Below, one piece after another: positions 9,094 to 18,139 of a stretch of DNA of 64,000 nucleotides. The translations under genes were made by a program, and so were the position numbers. This DNA is from Planctomycetota bacterium (GTDB lineage Bacteria > Planctomycetota > JAJSAM01 > JAJVHW01). Below the pieces are notes generated by a model. The model searched no databases. It saw only the letters and a list, made by a program, of their open reading frames with translations, and was not told the DNA's origin. Location: assembly GCA_024280885.1 (NCBI GenBank), contig JAJRPF010000055.1, positions 39,674 to 103,673 on the forward strand, in the 5' to 3' direction. The number at the start of each line of letters is the position of its first letter. Within the stretch, counting starts at the first letter, position 1.

Positions 9094-11981
9094 AGGTTCT
9101 CCTCCCAATCCGTCTTCTTCTTCGCGCGGCGCTTCGCACCGAGCAGATCGCTTGCAGGGTCCGCTTTCGGCGGCGGTTTGCCAGTCGCCTCGTCGTGGCG
9201 TGCTGGCCGCATCTGCGGGCCGACGTTCTTCTTTGGCGGGGCGTAGGCGCCCGATGGTTTCGGTCGCGTGATGTCACCTCCGAGGGCTGCTCCGGGCGCG
9301 GTGTCCGTCGGGGGGGGCGCCCCCGCCTTCGCGCGCTTCGGCAGCTTGAGCCGGAGGCGTCGCACGGCGACGTCTGTGACCAACAGGAGCGCAGCGAGGG
9401 CGGCGATCCATGGCCAGAGATCGACGGGCTCTGCTGACGAGATCAGCGCGCCGCTCCATGGCGCTAGCGCGGTATCCGGTGGGGGAGAGCCGTCGGCGGG
9501 GACGGGCGGTTCGGGGTCGAGCAATGTCGCTCCGGCCGCTTCGAGTTGCGCGAAGAGCCGCTCGTTCGAGGATTGTGCGAGGTGCTCTGCCGAGTACGAG
9601 ACACAGACGGCCGCGAGGGCCTGCCCGACGACGCCGGTCTCGGGGTCCTCGAACACGAGACTCGCGATGTGCGTCCCTACGGTCTGCGCGGGAAGCTTGC
9701 CTTCATAGCGCCCTGGCCCGCGCTGCTGGACACGGAACGACTCCGTGGTGCCGTCGGGGCGAATGACCGTTCCCTCGACCGATAGCCCGTTGCGGAACGC
9801 GCCGTCGGGTTCAAGCGCGTTCATGACGATGGTCGCCGTGCCGCCCTCGAGATCGGTGTCGATCTGCACACCGGGCCGTTCCAGAGAACGTGCCACAGAG
9901 CGCGCGACCTGGCCCCAGAACCGACCGTAGCCACCCCACGACAGCCAATCCCCGGACCAGCGTTCACTGGCATCGGAGGCCCACGCCGCCGTCTCGCCGA
10001 GTCCGTAGCGCCACCACGCGAGGAGCGGATCGTCGTGGGGACCGCCCATCAGTGGGTCAGCCTTCTCCTTCAGAGTCGTCACGACGTAACCGTGGAGTGG
10101 CGGGAAGTCGTCTTCGCCGAAGCCGCGCAACATCGTGTGTACGCCGACGATCGACGGCTGGAACGCCTCGTCGCGCCATGCTGATCGGCGCACGGTCACG
10201 GCTTCCTTGATGAAGATCTGCGGCAGGCGATCGAGCTGTGCCGACGTGACGTCGTAGTGATTGCCCCCCGCGTCGCTCGAGATCTGTCGCATCGCCCCCG
10301 ACCCGCCCGGGGAATGTGGGTCGACGCAAACCGTCGAGATCGTGATGCGCTGTTCGTGGATCTTGGACGAGAGCTTGGGGCCCGGGGGCGTCGCGTCGCC
10401 ATCCGAGATGATGATCATGTGTTTGGCCGCTGCGGTGCTCTGGCTCAACGCATGCTCTGCGAGTTGCATCGCACTCGCGAAGCTCGGCATATCCCAAGGC
10501 TGCGCGCGGTCGACCGCGGCGTAATGGCGTGACTTATTGCCCACTCGCTGGAGCGGGATGACCCACTGGTCTCCGCCGCCGCCCCATTCGATCACACCGA
10601 TTTCATCCTGCGACGAGAGCGCGTTGATCGCGGCTTTCGTGATTGTCCGCGCCGCCTCGTTGCCGCCCGCGAACTCGCATGTGTGCAGGATGACGATGAG
10701 CGCGCCGCTCGGGAGCACGCGCTTGTTCCGGATCTCCGACGAGAGGGGCAGGATCTCCTCGAGTTCTGTTCCCGCATAGCCGCCGGGGCCGTAGGTCTTC
10801 TCGCCGCCGATGCAGACGAGACCGACACCCAGATCGCGCACGGCAGACGCGAGCTGGCGGCGTTGCGTCTCGGTGAGCGCGAAGGCGGGGATGTTCTCAA
10901 GGAAGATCACGTCGTAGGGCGCGTAACCCGACGCATCCGATGGCAGCGAGTCCGCGCCCCCGGACTCGACGGGGATCGAGAGCTCGTCACGCAGCGCATC
11001 GGCGAGTTGCGAACCATTGACGCCCGATGCCACGAGAACGCGTCCCGGGCCCTTCACCTGCGTTGCGGCGACGCCCCGATTGTTGCGCGCGTCGCCGTCG
11101 ATCTCCGGGCTGACGACGACCTCGACCGTGTGGAACCCCGGCCCGCGGAACGCGGCACCGATCTCGAAGACGTTGCGGCCCTTGGCGAGCACGACGTCCT
11201 CGGAGGCGACCTCCTCGCCCGCCACTAGGTATTGGACACGCGCCGCGACGTCGTCGTGCGTGCTCTCGATGACAGCCCGGATCGGCACCGGCTGGTCTTC
11301 GGGAGCCGTCGCCGGTGCCACGAGCTTCCTGACGATGACGTCGCGCTCGCGCTCGTAGCGCAGTGGGAAAATCTGCACGTCCACGCCACTTGCGATGAGC
11401 TCCGCGACCGCCTTCTCGGCGTCTCCGCGCGTCTGGTTGCCGTCGGTGGCAATCACGATGCGACGCGATCCACCCGGGGGGAACCCAGCGCGTGCCAGTC
11501 GCAATGCCCCTTCGAGATCGGTCTCGCCCTTCGGCAGAACCGATCCGATGTGATCCGGATCGACGGGCACAGTCTCCAAGCGTTGCTCGGCCGAGATACG
11601 CGTGAATGGAGCCTCGACCGCGGCGCCGTCGGCGAAGACCACGAGGGCGGCATCGTCGTCTTCGCCACGACGCTCGGCGGCGCGCTTGATGAACTCGCGT
11701 GCGCGGTCGAGTGCTGCGGGAGGAACGCTCTCGCTCACGTCCATGACGAAGGCGACCGATCGGAACGGGGAGTCGATCCGGATACGCGGCACCGAGAGCG
11801 CGAGCGCGAGTGCCAGGAGCAGTAACAAGCGGGCGACGAGCGCGGCCTTGTCTCCTGCGCGCAACCCGCCCGACGCCGTGCGCAGCGTGAGCCAGACGAA
11901 GAGCGGGCTGACCAAGAGCACGAGCAGCCACAGCGGACGCGCGAGCTCCAGTGCGAACGCGATCAGCGGCACACCGGTCAT
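9090..11981 (-). CDS. Large membrane-anchored protein: BatA-like N-terminal TM region, VWA domain, GATase1/ThuA-like domain, basic C-terminal tail
   Basis: 963 aa. N-terminal TM pair; VWA motif FVMDVSESV...TDG; central region GALIVILHTCEFAGGNEAAR resembles class-I glutamine amidotransferase-like folds; ATG at 11981 overlaps the upstream permease stop (ATGA). Confidence 0.7.
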   Translation of the reverse strand: MTGVPLIAFALELARPLWLLVLLVSPLFVWLTLRTASGGLRAGDKAALVARLLLLLALALALSVPRIRIDSPFRSVAFVMDVSESVPPAALDRAREFIKRAAERRGEDDDAALVVFADGAAVEAPFTRISAEQRLETVPVDPDHIGSVLPKGETDLEGALRLARAGFPPGGSRRIVIATDGNQTRGDAEKAVAELIASGVDVQIFPLRYERERDVIVRKLVAPATAPEDQPVPIRAVIESTHDDVAARVQYLVAGEEVASEDVVLAKGRNVFEIGAAFRGPGFHTVEVVVSPEIDGDARNNRGVAATQVKGPGRVLVASGVNGSQLADALRDELSIPVESGGADSLPSDASGYAPYDVIFLENIPAFALTETQRRQLASAVRDLGVGLVCIGGEKTYGPGGYAGTELEEILPLSSEIRNKRVLPSGALIVILHTCEFAGGNEAARTITKAAINALSSQDEIGVIEWGGGGDQWVIPLQRVGNKSRHYAAVDRAQPWDMPSFASAMQLAEHALSQSTAAAKHMIIISDGDATPPGPKLSSKIHEQRITISTVCVDPHSPGGSGAMRQISSDAGGNHYDVTSAQLDRLPQIFIKEAVTVRRSAWRDEAFQPSIVGVHTMLRGFGEDDFPPLHGYVVTTLKEKADPLMGGPHDDPLLAWWRYGLGETAAWASDASERWSGDWLSWGGYGRFWGQVARSVARSLERPGVQIDTDLEGGTATIVMNALEPDGAFRNGLSVEGTVIRPDGTTESFRVQQRGPGRYEGKLPAQTVGTHIASLVFEDPETGVVGQALAAVCVSYSAEHLAQSSNERLFAQLEAAGATLLDPEPPVPADGSPPPDTALAPWSGALISSAEPVDLWPWIAALAALLLVTDVAVRRLRLKLPKRAKAGAPPPTDTAPGAALGGDITRPKPSGAYAPPKKNVGPQMRPARHDEATGKPPPKADPASDLLGAKRRAKKKTDWEENL

Positions 11982-13618
11982 CCTTCGAACCTGGTTCGAT
12001 AGAGGCGTGCCAGACGGCGGTAGAGCGCGTGGCCGAAGGCGACGTACAACGCCATCCAGATGGCCAGGGCGACGAGACCGGATGTGACGTCGCTTGCCGA
12101 GGGAGCCGCCACCACAGCGGTCTCGATGCTGGAGCCGCCCGTCCGCAGGAGTGCCGCTGGCAGGAGCGCTGCCGCGATCGGGTTGGCGCCGAGCGCCGAT
12201 CCCCAGGCAACGAAGTCATCGAGCCGCGAGAAGGCTCCTGCGAGCGGCCAGCCCACCTGGCCGGCGAGCAAGATGCCGACGATCCCCAGCATGGTCATGG
12301 TGCGCGCCACGGCACGCTGCGGCTCGCGTTGGTCGAGAGATTGGTAGAGCGCGAACGTCGCCCATGCCACGAGGACGACCACGCCACTGATCGCGACCGC
12401 CGGGGCCGCGAAGGGCGAGAATACGCCGATCACGGCGCCGTAGATCAGGTGGCCGAGAGGGACGAGCAGACAGGGCAGCAGAGCGCGCAGAACTCCCGCG
12501 AGTTTGCCGATGACTACGTCTGCCGGGGGTAGCGGAGCGGCGCGCAACAACTCGATCGTGTGGGACTCCTTCTCCTGAGCGAGCGCGGTTGCGCCAGCCG
12601 CCGCTACGGCAAGCACGATGAGCAGGCATTGAAACGCGAGGATCGCGAAATGGCCCAGGATGGACTCGGCTTCGACAGAACCGTTCCAGACCGCGACTCC
12701 GTAGGCCGCCTCCGACAGTAAGAGCAGCGCCAGTAACCCGCGCGCTGGGCTGCGCTTGCCGAGCAACGAAGCGCGCCGCAATTCGTGGTCGAGTACCGGG
12801 TTCTCGTGGCGAAGTGGACGGCAGCCGTTGCGGGAGAGGACAGGCGCCGGGGCGTCGGAGCCGTGGGCCTCGCGGTTCAGTCGCCATGCGGCCGCCATCA
12901 CCGCGAGCCCGGCCGCGCCGATCGCTGCGAGCACGAGCAGGAAGACTCCAGGGAACGTGCCCTCGCCGCGGCCCTCGGTCGAGACTGCGCGCATGACGGC
13001 GTGGATGGGCGAGACGGCCGTGGCCGCGGTCAAACTGGCGAGCGAACTCAGCGCCCACTCGCCGAGCAGCCAGAGCGCTGCGATGACCGCAGCTCCGAGC
13101 AGGTAGGCCGTGACGACGGCACTCGCGGTGCGACGTGCGAAGGCCGAAACGAGAAAGGCCGGTGCACCGAGAATCAGAACGGCCGCACCTGCGGCACAGA
13201 CCGCCTCGACGATCTGAATCCCACGCACACCGCCGTAGAGCAACGCCAGGGCGAGCGGCGGACAGGTCGCGAAGACAAGCAGGAAGAGCTGTCCTGCCCG
13301 CGCCGCGAACGCGCCGCCGGCGATCCCGATCGGGGAGAGCGGTGTGGCGAAGAGCACGGGGAGTCCACCCGAAGCGCGCGCATGCACGAGGACGGTTGCG
13401 AACGACCCCGGCGCAGCGAGACCGAGGAGGAGCGCTCCCAATCCGATGGTCGCCGTGAGCAGGGAGGTCCCGACGTCGTCGTACGAATCCATCGTATGCG
13501 CGCCGACGATCCGGACGAGAAAGAGCAAGCCCATTCCCGCGGCGAAGCCTGTGCGCAAGAGGAGGAAACGCCACGACGAACTGAACGCGACGTAGTCGCG
13601 CTCGAAGACAGCGTTCAC
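11978..13618 (-). CDS. ABC-2 type transporter permease (GldF-like polytopic membrane protein)
   Basis: 546 aa, many predicted TM helices, Ala/Leu/Gly-rich; located in an operon with an ABC ATPase and a second permease. Confidence 0.6.
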   Translation of the reverse strand: MNAVFERDYVAFSSSWRFLLLRTGFAAGMGLLFLVRIVGAHTMDSYDDVGTSLLTATIGLGALLLGLAAPGSFATVLVHARASGGLPVLFATPLSPIGIAGGAFAARAGQLFLLVFATCPPLALALLYGGVRGIQIVEAVCAAGAAVLILGAPAFLVSAFARRTASAVVTAYLLGAAVIAALWLLGEWALSSLASLTAATAVSPIHAVMRAVSTEGRGEGTFPGVFLLVLAAIGAAGLAVMAAAWRLNREAHGSDAPAPVLSRNGCRPLRHENPVLDHELRRASLLGKRSPARGLLALLLLSEAAYGVAVWNGSVEAESILGHFAILAFQCLLIVLAVAAAGATALAQEKESHTIELLRAAPLPPADVVIGKLAGVLRALLPCLLVPLGHLIYGAVIGVFSPFAAPAVAISGVVVLVAWATFALYQSLDQREPQRAVARTMTMLGIVGILLAGQVGWPLAGAFSRLDDFVAWGSALGANPIAAALLPAALLRTGGSSIETAVVAAPSASDVTSGLVALAIWMALYVAFGHALYRRLARLYRTRFEG

Positions 13619-13692
13619 GAGTCGCTCCTATCGTGCGAACGACTCGTGTTCACGCGACGATCGGCATCTGCGAGGCAACCGGCCAGCATCGA

Positions 13693-14064
13693 CTACTTGT
13701 CTTCGCCCAAACCGTCGAAGTACTCGCGAATGCCGTCGCGGTAGCGGCGCGGGATGACCTCGGCATCGAGGGGCGCTTGCGCGTCGGCACGCGCACGCTC
13801 GATGGCGGCGCGTCCGCCGGGCGTCATCTCCCCGGGCTTCGGAAGGCCGCGGAACGTCGTTACCGAGATCCGCCCCCGCGGGTCAATGCGACCGCGCACG
13901 CGTTCTGTCTTCGTTCCGGTTTCCAGGGTCTCGTCGAAGGGGACACCGCTGCCGCTTCCAGTCCCTTCGCCACCGGTTCCATTGCCGTTTCCCTGTCCGC
14001 CGTTGCCGTTGCCGTTTCCATTCCCATTGCCGTGCAGACCGCACGATCCGTTACCGCCGCCCGT
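13693..14064 (-). other. Open in-frame continuation of the upstream coiled-coil ORF past a single TGA: Gly/Asn/Ser-rich linker plus ~69-aa C-terminal domain
   Basis: Same frame as 14065..15390. Codon-periodic GNGNGNGNGNGGQGNGNGTGGEGTGSGSG, then ...RGRIDPRGRISVTTFRGLPKPGEM...IREYFDGLGEDK ending TGA at 13693. Could be a readthrough/Sec extension, a nonsense-mutated gene tail, or an independent small ORF (ATG 13899). Confidence 0.35.
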
Positions 14065-15390
14065 TCAGGTCCCGCCAGCGCCGCCGAGGCGCAACTTGCG
14101 ACCGCCGGACATCTCGCCGCCGCCCTGTCGCAGCATGTCGGCAAGATCCTCCATCCCGGCCATCTCGTCGAGCGAGTCGAGCAACTCCTGCAACTCCTCG
14201 CGCGACAACTCCGAGATATCCATCGAGTCCGACTCGCCGGCTTCGCTCTGCAGGTCCTCGTAGCTTTCGCCCTGCTCCATGCGCGAAGCCAGTTCGCGCA
14301 TGCGCTCGGCGATCTTCTGCAGGAGGTCCTCATTGCCGATTGCGCGGAGCTGCTCGCGCAGCTTGTCGGCCCCCATGGCGCCGGCTGACTCCATCGCCTT
14401 GCGCAGCGCATCGAGTCGCGACGCCATGTCGCGGAGGTCCTTCGCCGACGGTGGCTCGCCGCTCTCGGCGGCCTTGTCCAGGCGCTCCTGCAACTCCTTC
14501 ATCTGTCGGTCGAGACTCTCGAGACCGGTCTTCGACATCTGCCGCAGAAGCTCGGCCAGTTGACGGTTGGTCTTGGCCGCCTCGGGGTCCGACGTCGGCT
14601 TCTTCAATCCCGCGCGGCGACGCGCGGCGTCGCGGGCCAGATCCGAGAGTTCGTTCAGTTTGCGGAGCGCAACTTCGCGCCGGGGCGGCGTGCGCACCAT
14701 GGCCTCGGCCTGCTTCTGAATTTGCTGCGCGACGCGCTCCAGATCGACCTCCTCACGCTCCTTGGCACCTTCCTTGACGCGCTTCGCGGCCTCGGCCATG
14801 CGACGTGCGACGTCCGCGATGCGGTCTTCGTCGGCGAGTCGTGCGGCCTTCTCGACCGGCGTCTCTCCAGCCTGGATCGGCGGCTGGATCATGTAGAGCC
14901 CGCCCGCGACGGCAAGCGCCACGGCGGCGGTCGCGAGCGGTCGCCGGAGAACGCGTGGGCGGAACGCCCGGCGGAGCGCGTCGCGCGTGACGTGGGCGGC
15001 ACTTGTGGCTGCGTCCTCGACGACGAGCGGCGCCATCGGTCCGGCCGTCCGCCCCTCGCTCTGAGCCCAGACCGACGTGGATACGCGCTCCTGCAACCCG
15101 AGGGCGCGGTCGGCGCGGGCGGCCAGTGCGCGGCGGTCGTAGCGCCGCCCGAGGATGCCGATCAGAGGGACGATCAACGTGGCGGAGAAACCGGCGACGG
15201 CGACATGCAGCAACTCGGGGCGCCACCAACCCGTCGCACGGAGCGCGATACCGAGCGCCAGGAGAAGCGCGCCGCACGCACTGCCCCATTGGAGGTCTTC
15301 GAGCGCGCCTGCCAGTGCGAGGCGCGCACGCACACGCGTGAGCAGTCCGTCCGTATTGTGCATTGCTGTCTTGTGCATTGCGTCTGGCAT
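14065..15390 (-). CDS. Membrane protein with two N-terminal TM helices and a long acidic coiled-coil region
   Basis: 441 aa; TM segments ALLLALGIALRATGWW and FSATLIVPLIGILG; then K/E/R/A/L-rich heptad-like sequence; ends at TGA 14065-14067 but the frame stays open for a further 372 nt. Confidence 0.55.
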   Translation of the reverse strand: MPDAMHKTAMHNTDGLLTRVRARLALAGALEDLQWGSACGALLLALGIALRATGWWRPELLHVAVAGFSATLIVPLIGILGRRYDRRALAARADRALGLQERVSTSVWAQSEGRTAGPMAPLVVEDAATSAAHVTRDALRRAFRPRVLRRPLATAAVALAVAGGLYMIQPPIQAGETPVEKAARLADEDRIADVARRMAEAAKRVKEGAKEREEVDLERVAQQIQKQAEAMVRTPPRREVALRKLNELSDLARDAARRRAGLKKPTSDPEAAKTNRQLAELLRQMSKTGLESLDRQMKELQERLDKAAESGEPPSAKDLRDMASRLDALRKAMESAGAMGADKLREQLRAIGNEDLLQKIAERMRELASRMEQGESYEDLQSEAGESDSMDISELSREELQELLDSLDEMAGMEDLADMLRQGGGEMSGGRKLRLGGAGGT

Positions 15391-15446
15391 CGCTCTCCGG
15401 GCCTCCTATCGACTCTCTCAGAGTAACAGACGATTGAGCCTGGAGT

Positions 15447-17174
15447 TCAATCCCGACTCTTCTCAAGTGCCGCAGCCGATCGCAGGGCCAGCAGCGCGGC
15501 GCTGATGGCATATCCGCCGACGGCGAAGACCACGGTCAGGAACTGCTCGGTGCCGGGCATCTGGCTTGAGTTCGCAGACACCGAATCGAGAGCCCACGTG
15601 CCATAGAACGGCAGAACCGGCGGTAGCGCGATCGCGACGAACTTGAGGAAGTCGTTGTCCATTCTCGTGATGGCCACGATGAAGAACATCAGGACGATGG
15701 CCGCGATCGATCCGAAGAAGATACCGAATGTCCGTAGTGCGGCGTGCGTGGGGGAGCGCGCCGTGATCGAGGCGCGCAGGCCGAGCGCTCCGGCGAACGT
15801 GAGGAGCGCGGTCGAGATGACGACCCAGCCCAGGATCCCCGGCACACTGAAACCCCCGATGGCGACGATGATCCCGCCATAGAGGACACCGATCCCTAGA
15901 AGTGGGGACGTGGCGAGTAGGGCACCCATGAGTGTGCCGATGGCGATCTCCTCGCTGCGCATGGGGGTCACCAGCAACAGGTCGAGAGATCCGCGTCGCC
16001 GCTCCGACGCGATCGAGCGTGACGTAGCCGCCAGCACGCGTAGAACTCCGAGTGCGGTGAGGATGCCGAGCCCGGCAACCGCGGCGACCTGCAGCTCGCC
16101 TCGGCGGTTGAAACCGAGCGTCTCAAGCGCCGTCCAGAGGATGCCAGCGGTGATCATTGCGCCCAGAAGTGGGAGTGCGTAGCCGCCGAGCGTGGGGTGC
16201 GAGAGCAGCGAGCCCCGCACCCCGCGATCGAGGATCGGGTGGCCGAGGAAGACGCCTCTTGACCGCCGACCGCCGCTCGATCTACCTGCTCGGCCCGGCA
16301 AGAAGCGCCGCACCTGCGTCCATAGTCCCTCACCGGTTGACTCTCTGGCGACGGCCCGCGCGGCGAGCAAGAGAGCGATGACGACTGCTCCCGCGACGAC
16401 CGCAGCATGCCAGTACAACAGGTCTGGGTCGTGTCCGCCGCTCCGCGCTCCCTGCAGCGTGTTGAACCATGCGACGAAAGGGACTGCGACAGTGACGTTC
16501 AACGACTCGATGATCACTTCGGCCGGGACCCCGAAACCCGCTTGATCGAAAGCGGCGAGGATCGCGGTTGGCACCACGGGACCGAGCGCCGCCAAGAGAT
16601 AGGCGGCCAGTAGCGCCTGCGAGACGGAGCGCAGCCGAGCCGACATGAGGATTCCACACGCGACGCCGAGTGCGGCGAAGCAGAGTGTGAGGACGATCAC
16701 TTCGACGAACGCGTTGAGCGGGACGCCGCCGTAGAGCAGGCTGACGGCGGCCACCGGGAGCATCGCCAAGACGAGCGTCAGGATGGCGAGGAAACGCGAG
16801 ATGAACTTCGCCGTGACGAAGGCGAGTGGACTCACGGGAGATGCGAGTACGAGGCTCAGAGTTCCGCCTTCGCGCTCGGATACGATGGCAGGCGCGGCCG
16901 TTGCCGGCGCGATCAACATGATCAGCAGCGGCACCACCACCGCAGCGGCGGTGAAGATCGCGCGCCCGATCACGTCGCGTTCGGAGCCGGAGCGTTCGAT
17001 CGCGATCAACGCGACCACGAGAGCCGAAATCGCAGCGACCGCGGTGCGTATGGCGACGAACCGGCTGCGCGAGACTGTTGCCAGGAAATCGCGTTCCACG
17101 ACGGCCAGACTGGCGGCGCTCTTCCGTGCGAGCGAGCGGAACGGGCGACCGAGCCGCCCCACGCTGGACCCCAT
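15447..17174 (-). CDS. ABC-2 type transporter permease
   Basis: 575 aa polytopic membrane protein immediately downstream (8 bp) of the ABC ATPase gene. Confidence 0.65.
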   Translation of the reverse strand: MGSSVGRLGRPFRSLARKSAASLAVVERDFLATVSRSRFVAIRTAVAAISALVVALIAIERSGSERDVIGRAIFTAAAVVVPLLIMLIAPATAAPAIVSEREGGTLSLVLASPVSPLAFVTAKFISRFLAILTLVLAMLPVAAVSLLYGGVPLNAFVEVIVLTLCFAALGVACGILMSARLRSVSQALLAAYLLAALGPVVPTAILAAFDQAGFGVPAEVIIESLNVTVAVPFVAWFNTLQGARSGGHDPDLLYWHAAVVAGAVVIALLLAARAVARESTGEGLWTQVRRFLPGRAGRSSGGRRSRGVFLGHPILDRGVRGSLLSHPTLGGYALPLLGAMITAGILWTALETLGFNRRGELQVAAVAGLGILTALGVLRVLAATSRSIASERRRGSLDLLLVTPMRSEEIAIGTLMGALLATSPLLGIGVLYGGIIVAIGGFSVPGILGWVVISTALLTFAGALGLRASITARSPTHAALRTFGIFFGSIAAIVLMFFIVAITRMDNDFLKFVAIALPPVLPFYGTWALDSVSANSSQMPGTEQFLTVVFAVGGYAISAALLALRSAAALEKSRD

Positions 17175-17182
17175 TTCGGGGA

Positions 17183-18139
17183 CTACGCCACCCTGCCCTG
17201 CGTGACGTGGAGGAAGATGTCCTCGACGCTGAGGGTCGTCTCCTCGAGATGCAGGAGCTGCAGATCCGCGCGCACGATCTCTCGGGCGAGAAACGACGTG
17301 TCTTCGACGTCGGTGCGAATGCGGATGAGGACCTCGCCCGCGCCACCGGGCTTCAATGCTTCGACATCGGGGTGCCCGCGGAAGAGGTCGAGCACGGCGT
17401 TCGCCGAACGATCGTCCTCGCCCTCTTCGTGGACGCGGATTCTGATCACGCGCTCCGCACCGAGCTTCTTGCGCGCTTCGTCGATCGGCCCCGCGTAGAG
17501 CAGGCGGCCCTGCTCGATGATGCCGATCGTGTTACACATCGCGCCGATTTCCGAGAGGACATGCGACGAGATCAGCAGTGTCTTGCCCATGCGCCGGAGT
17601 TGCAGCACGAGCTCCTTGAACTCGATGCGTGCCCGGGGATCGAGGCCCGCGGCGGGCTCGTCGAGGAGCAGTACCTGCGGGTCATGGAGCAGGCAACGCG
17701 CGAGTCCGAGGCGCTGCCCCATGCCGCGCGAGAGTCCCATGACCGGCGCGTCGCGCTTCTCGCCGAGTTCCGTCAGTTCGAGCACCTCCGCAATGCGCTT
17801 GCGACGCGGTTCGCCGCGAATGCGATACGCCGCAGCGAAGAATTCGAGGTACTCGCCGACCAGCATGTCGTCGTAGATCCCGAGCACGTCGGGCATGTAA
17901 CCGATCAGCGGCTTCACGTCGTCGGAACGGCGCACGACATCGATACCGCAGACCTCGGCGCGTCCGCCGCTCGGTCGCACGAGCGTGGCGAGGATCTTGA
18001 TCGTCGTGGACTTGCCAGCGCCGTTGGGGCCGATGAAACCGAACGCGTCGCCGGCCTCGATCGAGAGGTCCAGATCGCGGAGCGCCGTCGTGCCGCGATA
18101 GACCTTAGTCAACCCCTCGATGTGAATAGCGAGACTCAT
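17183..18139 (-). CDS. ABC transporter ATP-binding protein
   Basis: Walker A GPNGAGKST; signature LSRGMGQRLGLA; Walker B LLLDEP; H-loop; ATG 18139 overlaps the upstream stop (ATGA). Confidence 0.9.
   Translation of the reverse strand: MSLAIHIEGLTKVYRGTTALRDLDLSIEAGDAFGFIGPNGAGKSTTIKILATLVRPSGGRAEVCGIDVVRRSDDVKPLIGYMPDVLGIYDDMLVGEYLEFFAAAYRIRGEPRRKRIAEVLELTELGEKRDAPVMGLSRGMGQRLGLARCLLHDPQVLLLDEPAAGLDPRARIEFKELVLQLRRMGKTLLISSHVLSEIGAMCNTIGIIEQGRLLYAGPIDEARKKLGAERVIRIRVHEEGEDDRSANAVLDLFRGHPDVEALKPGGAGEVLIRIRTDVEDTSFLAREIVRADLQLLHLEETTLSVEDIFLHVTQGRVA

Noticed and set aside
7813-9246. 477-aa + strand ORF
   Set aside because: Antisense to the MoxR ATPase and DUF58 genes; Arg-rich low-complexity translation; no SD. 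Artefact of GC bias.
10987-13574. 410-aa and 452-aa minus-strand ORFs (10987..12219, 12216..13574) full of Arg/Pro/Ala
   Set aside because: Alternative frames of the VWA and permease genes on the same strand; extreme Arg content is typical of off-frame GC-rich translation.
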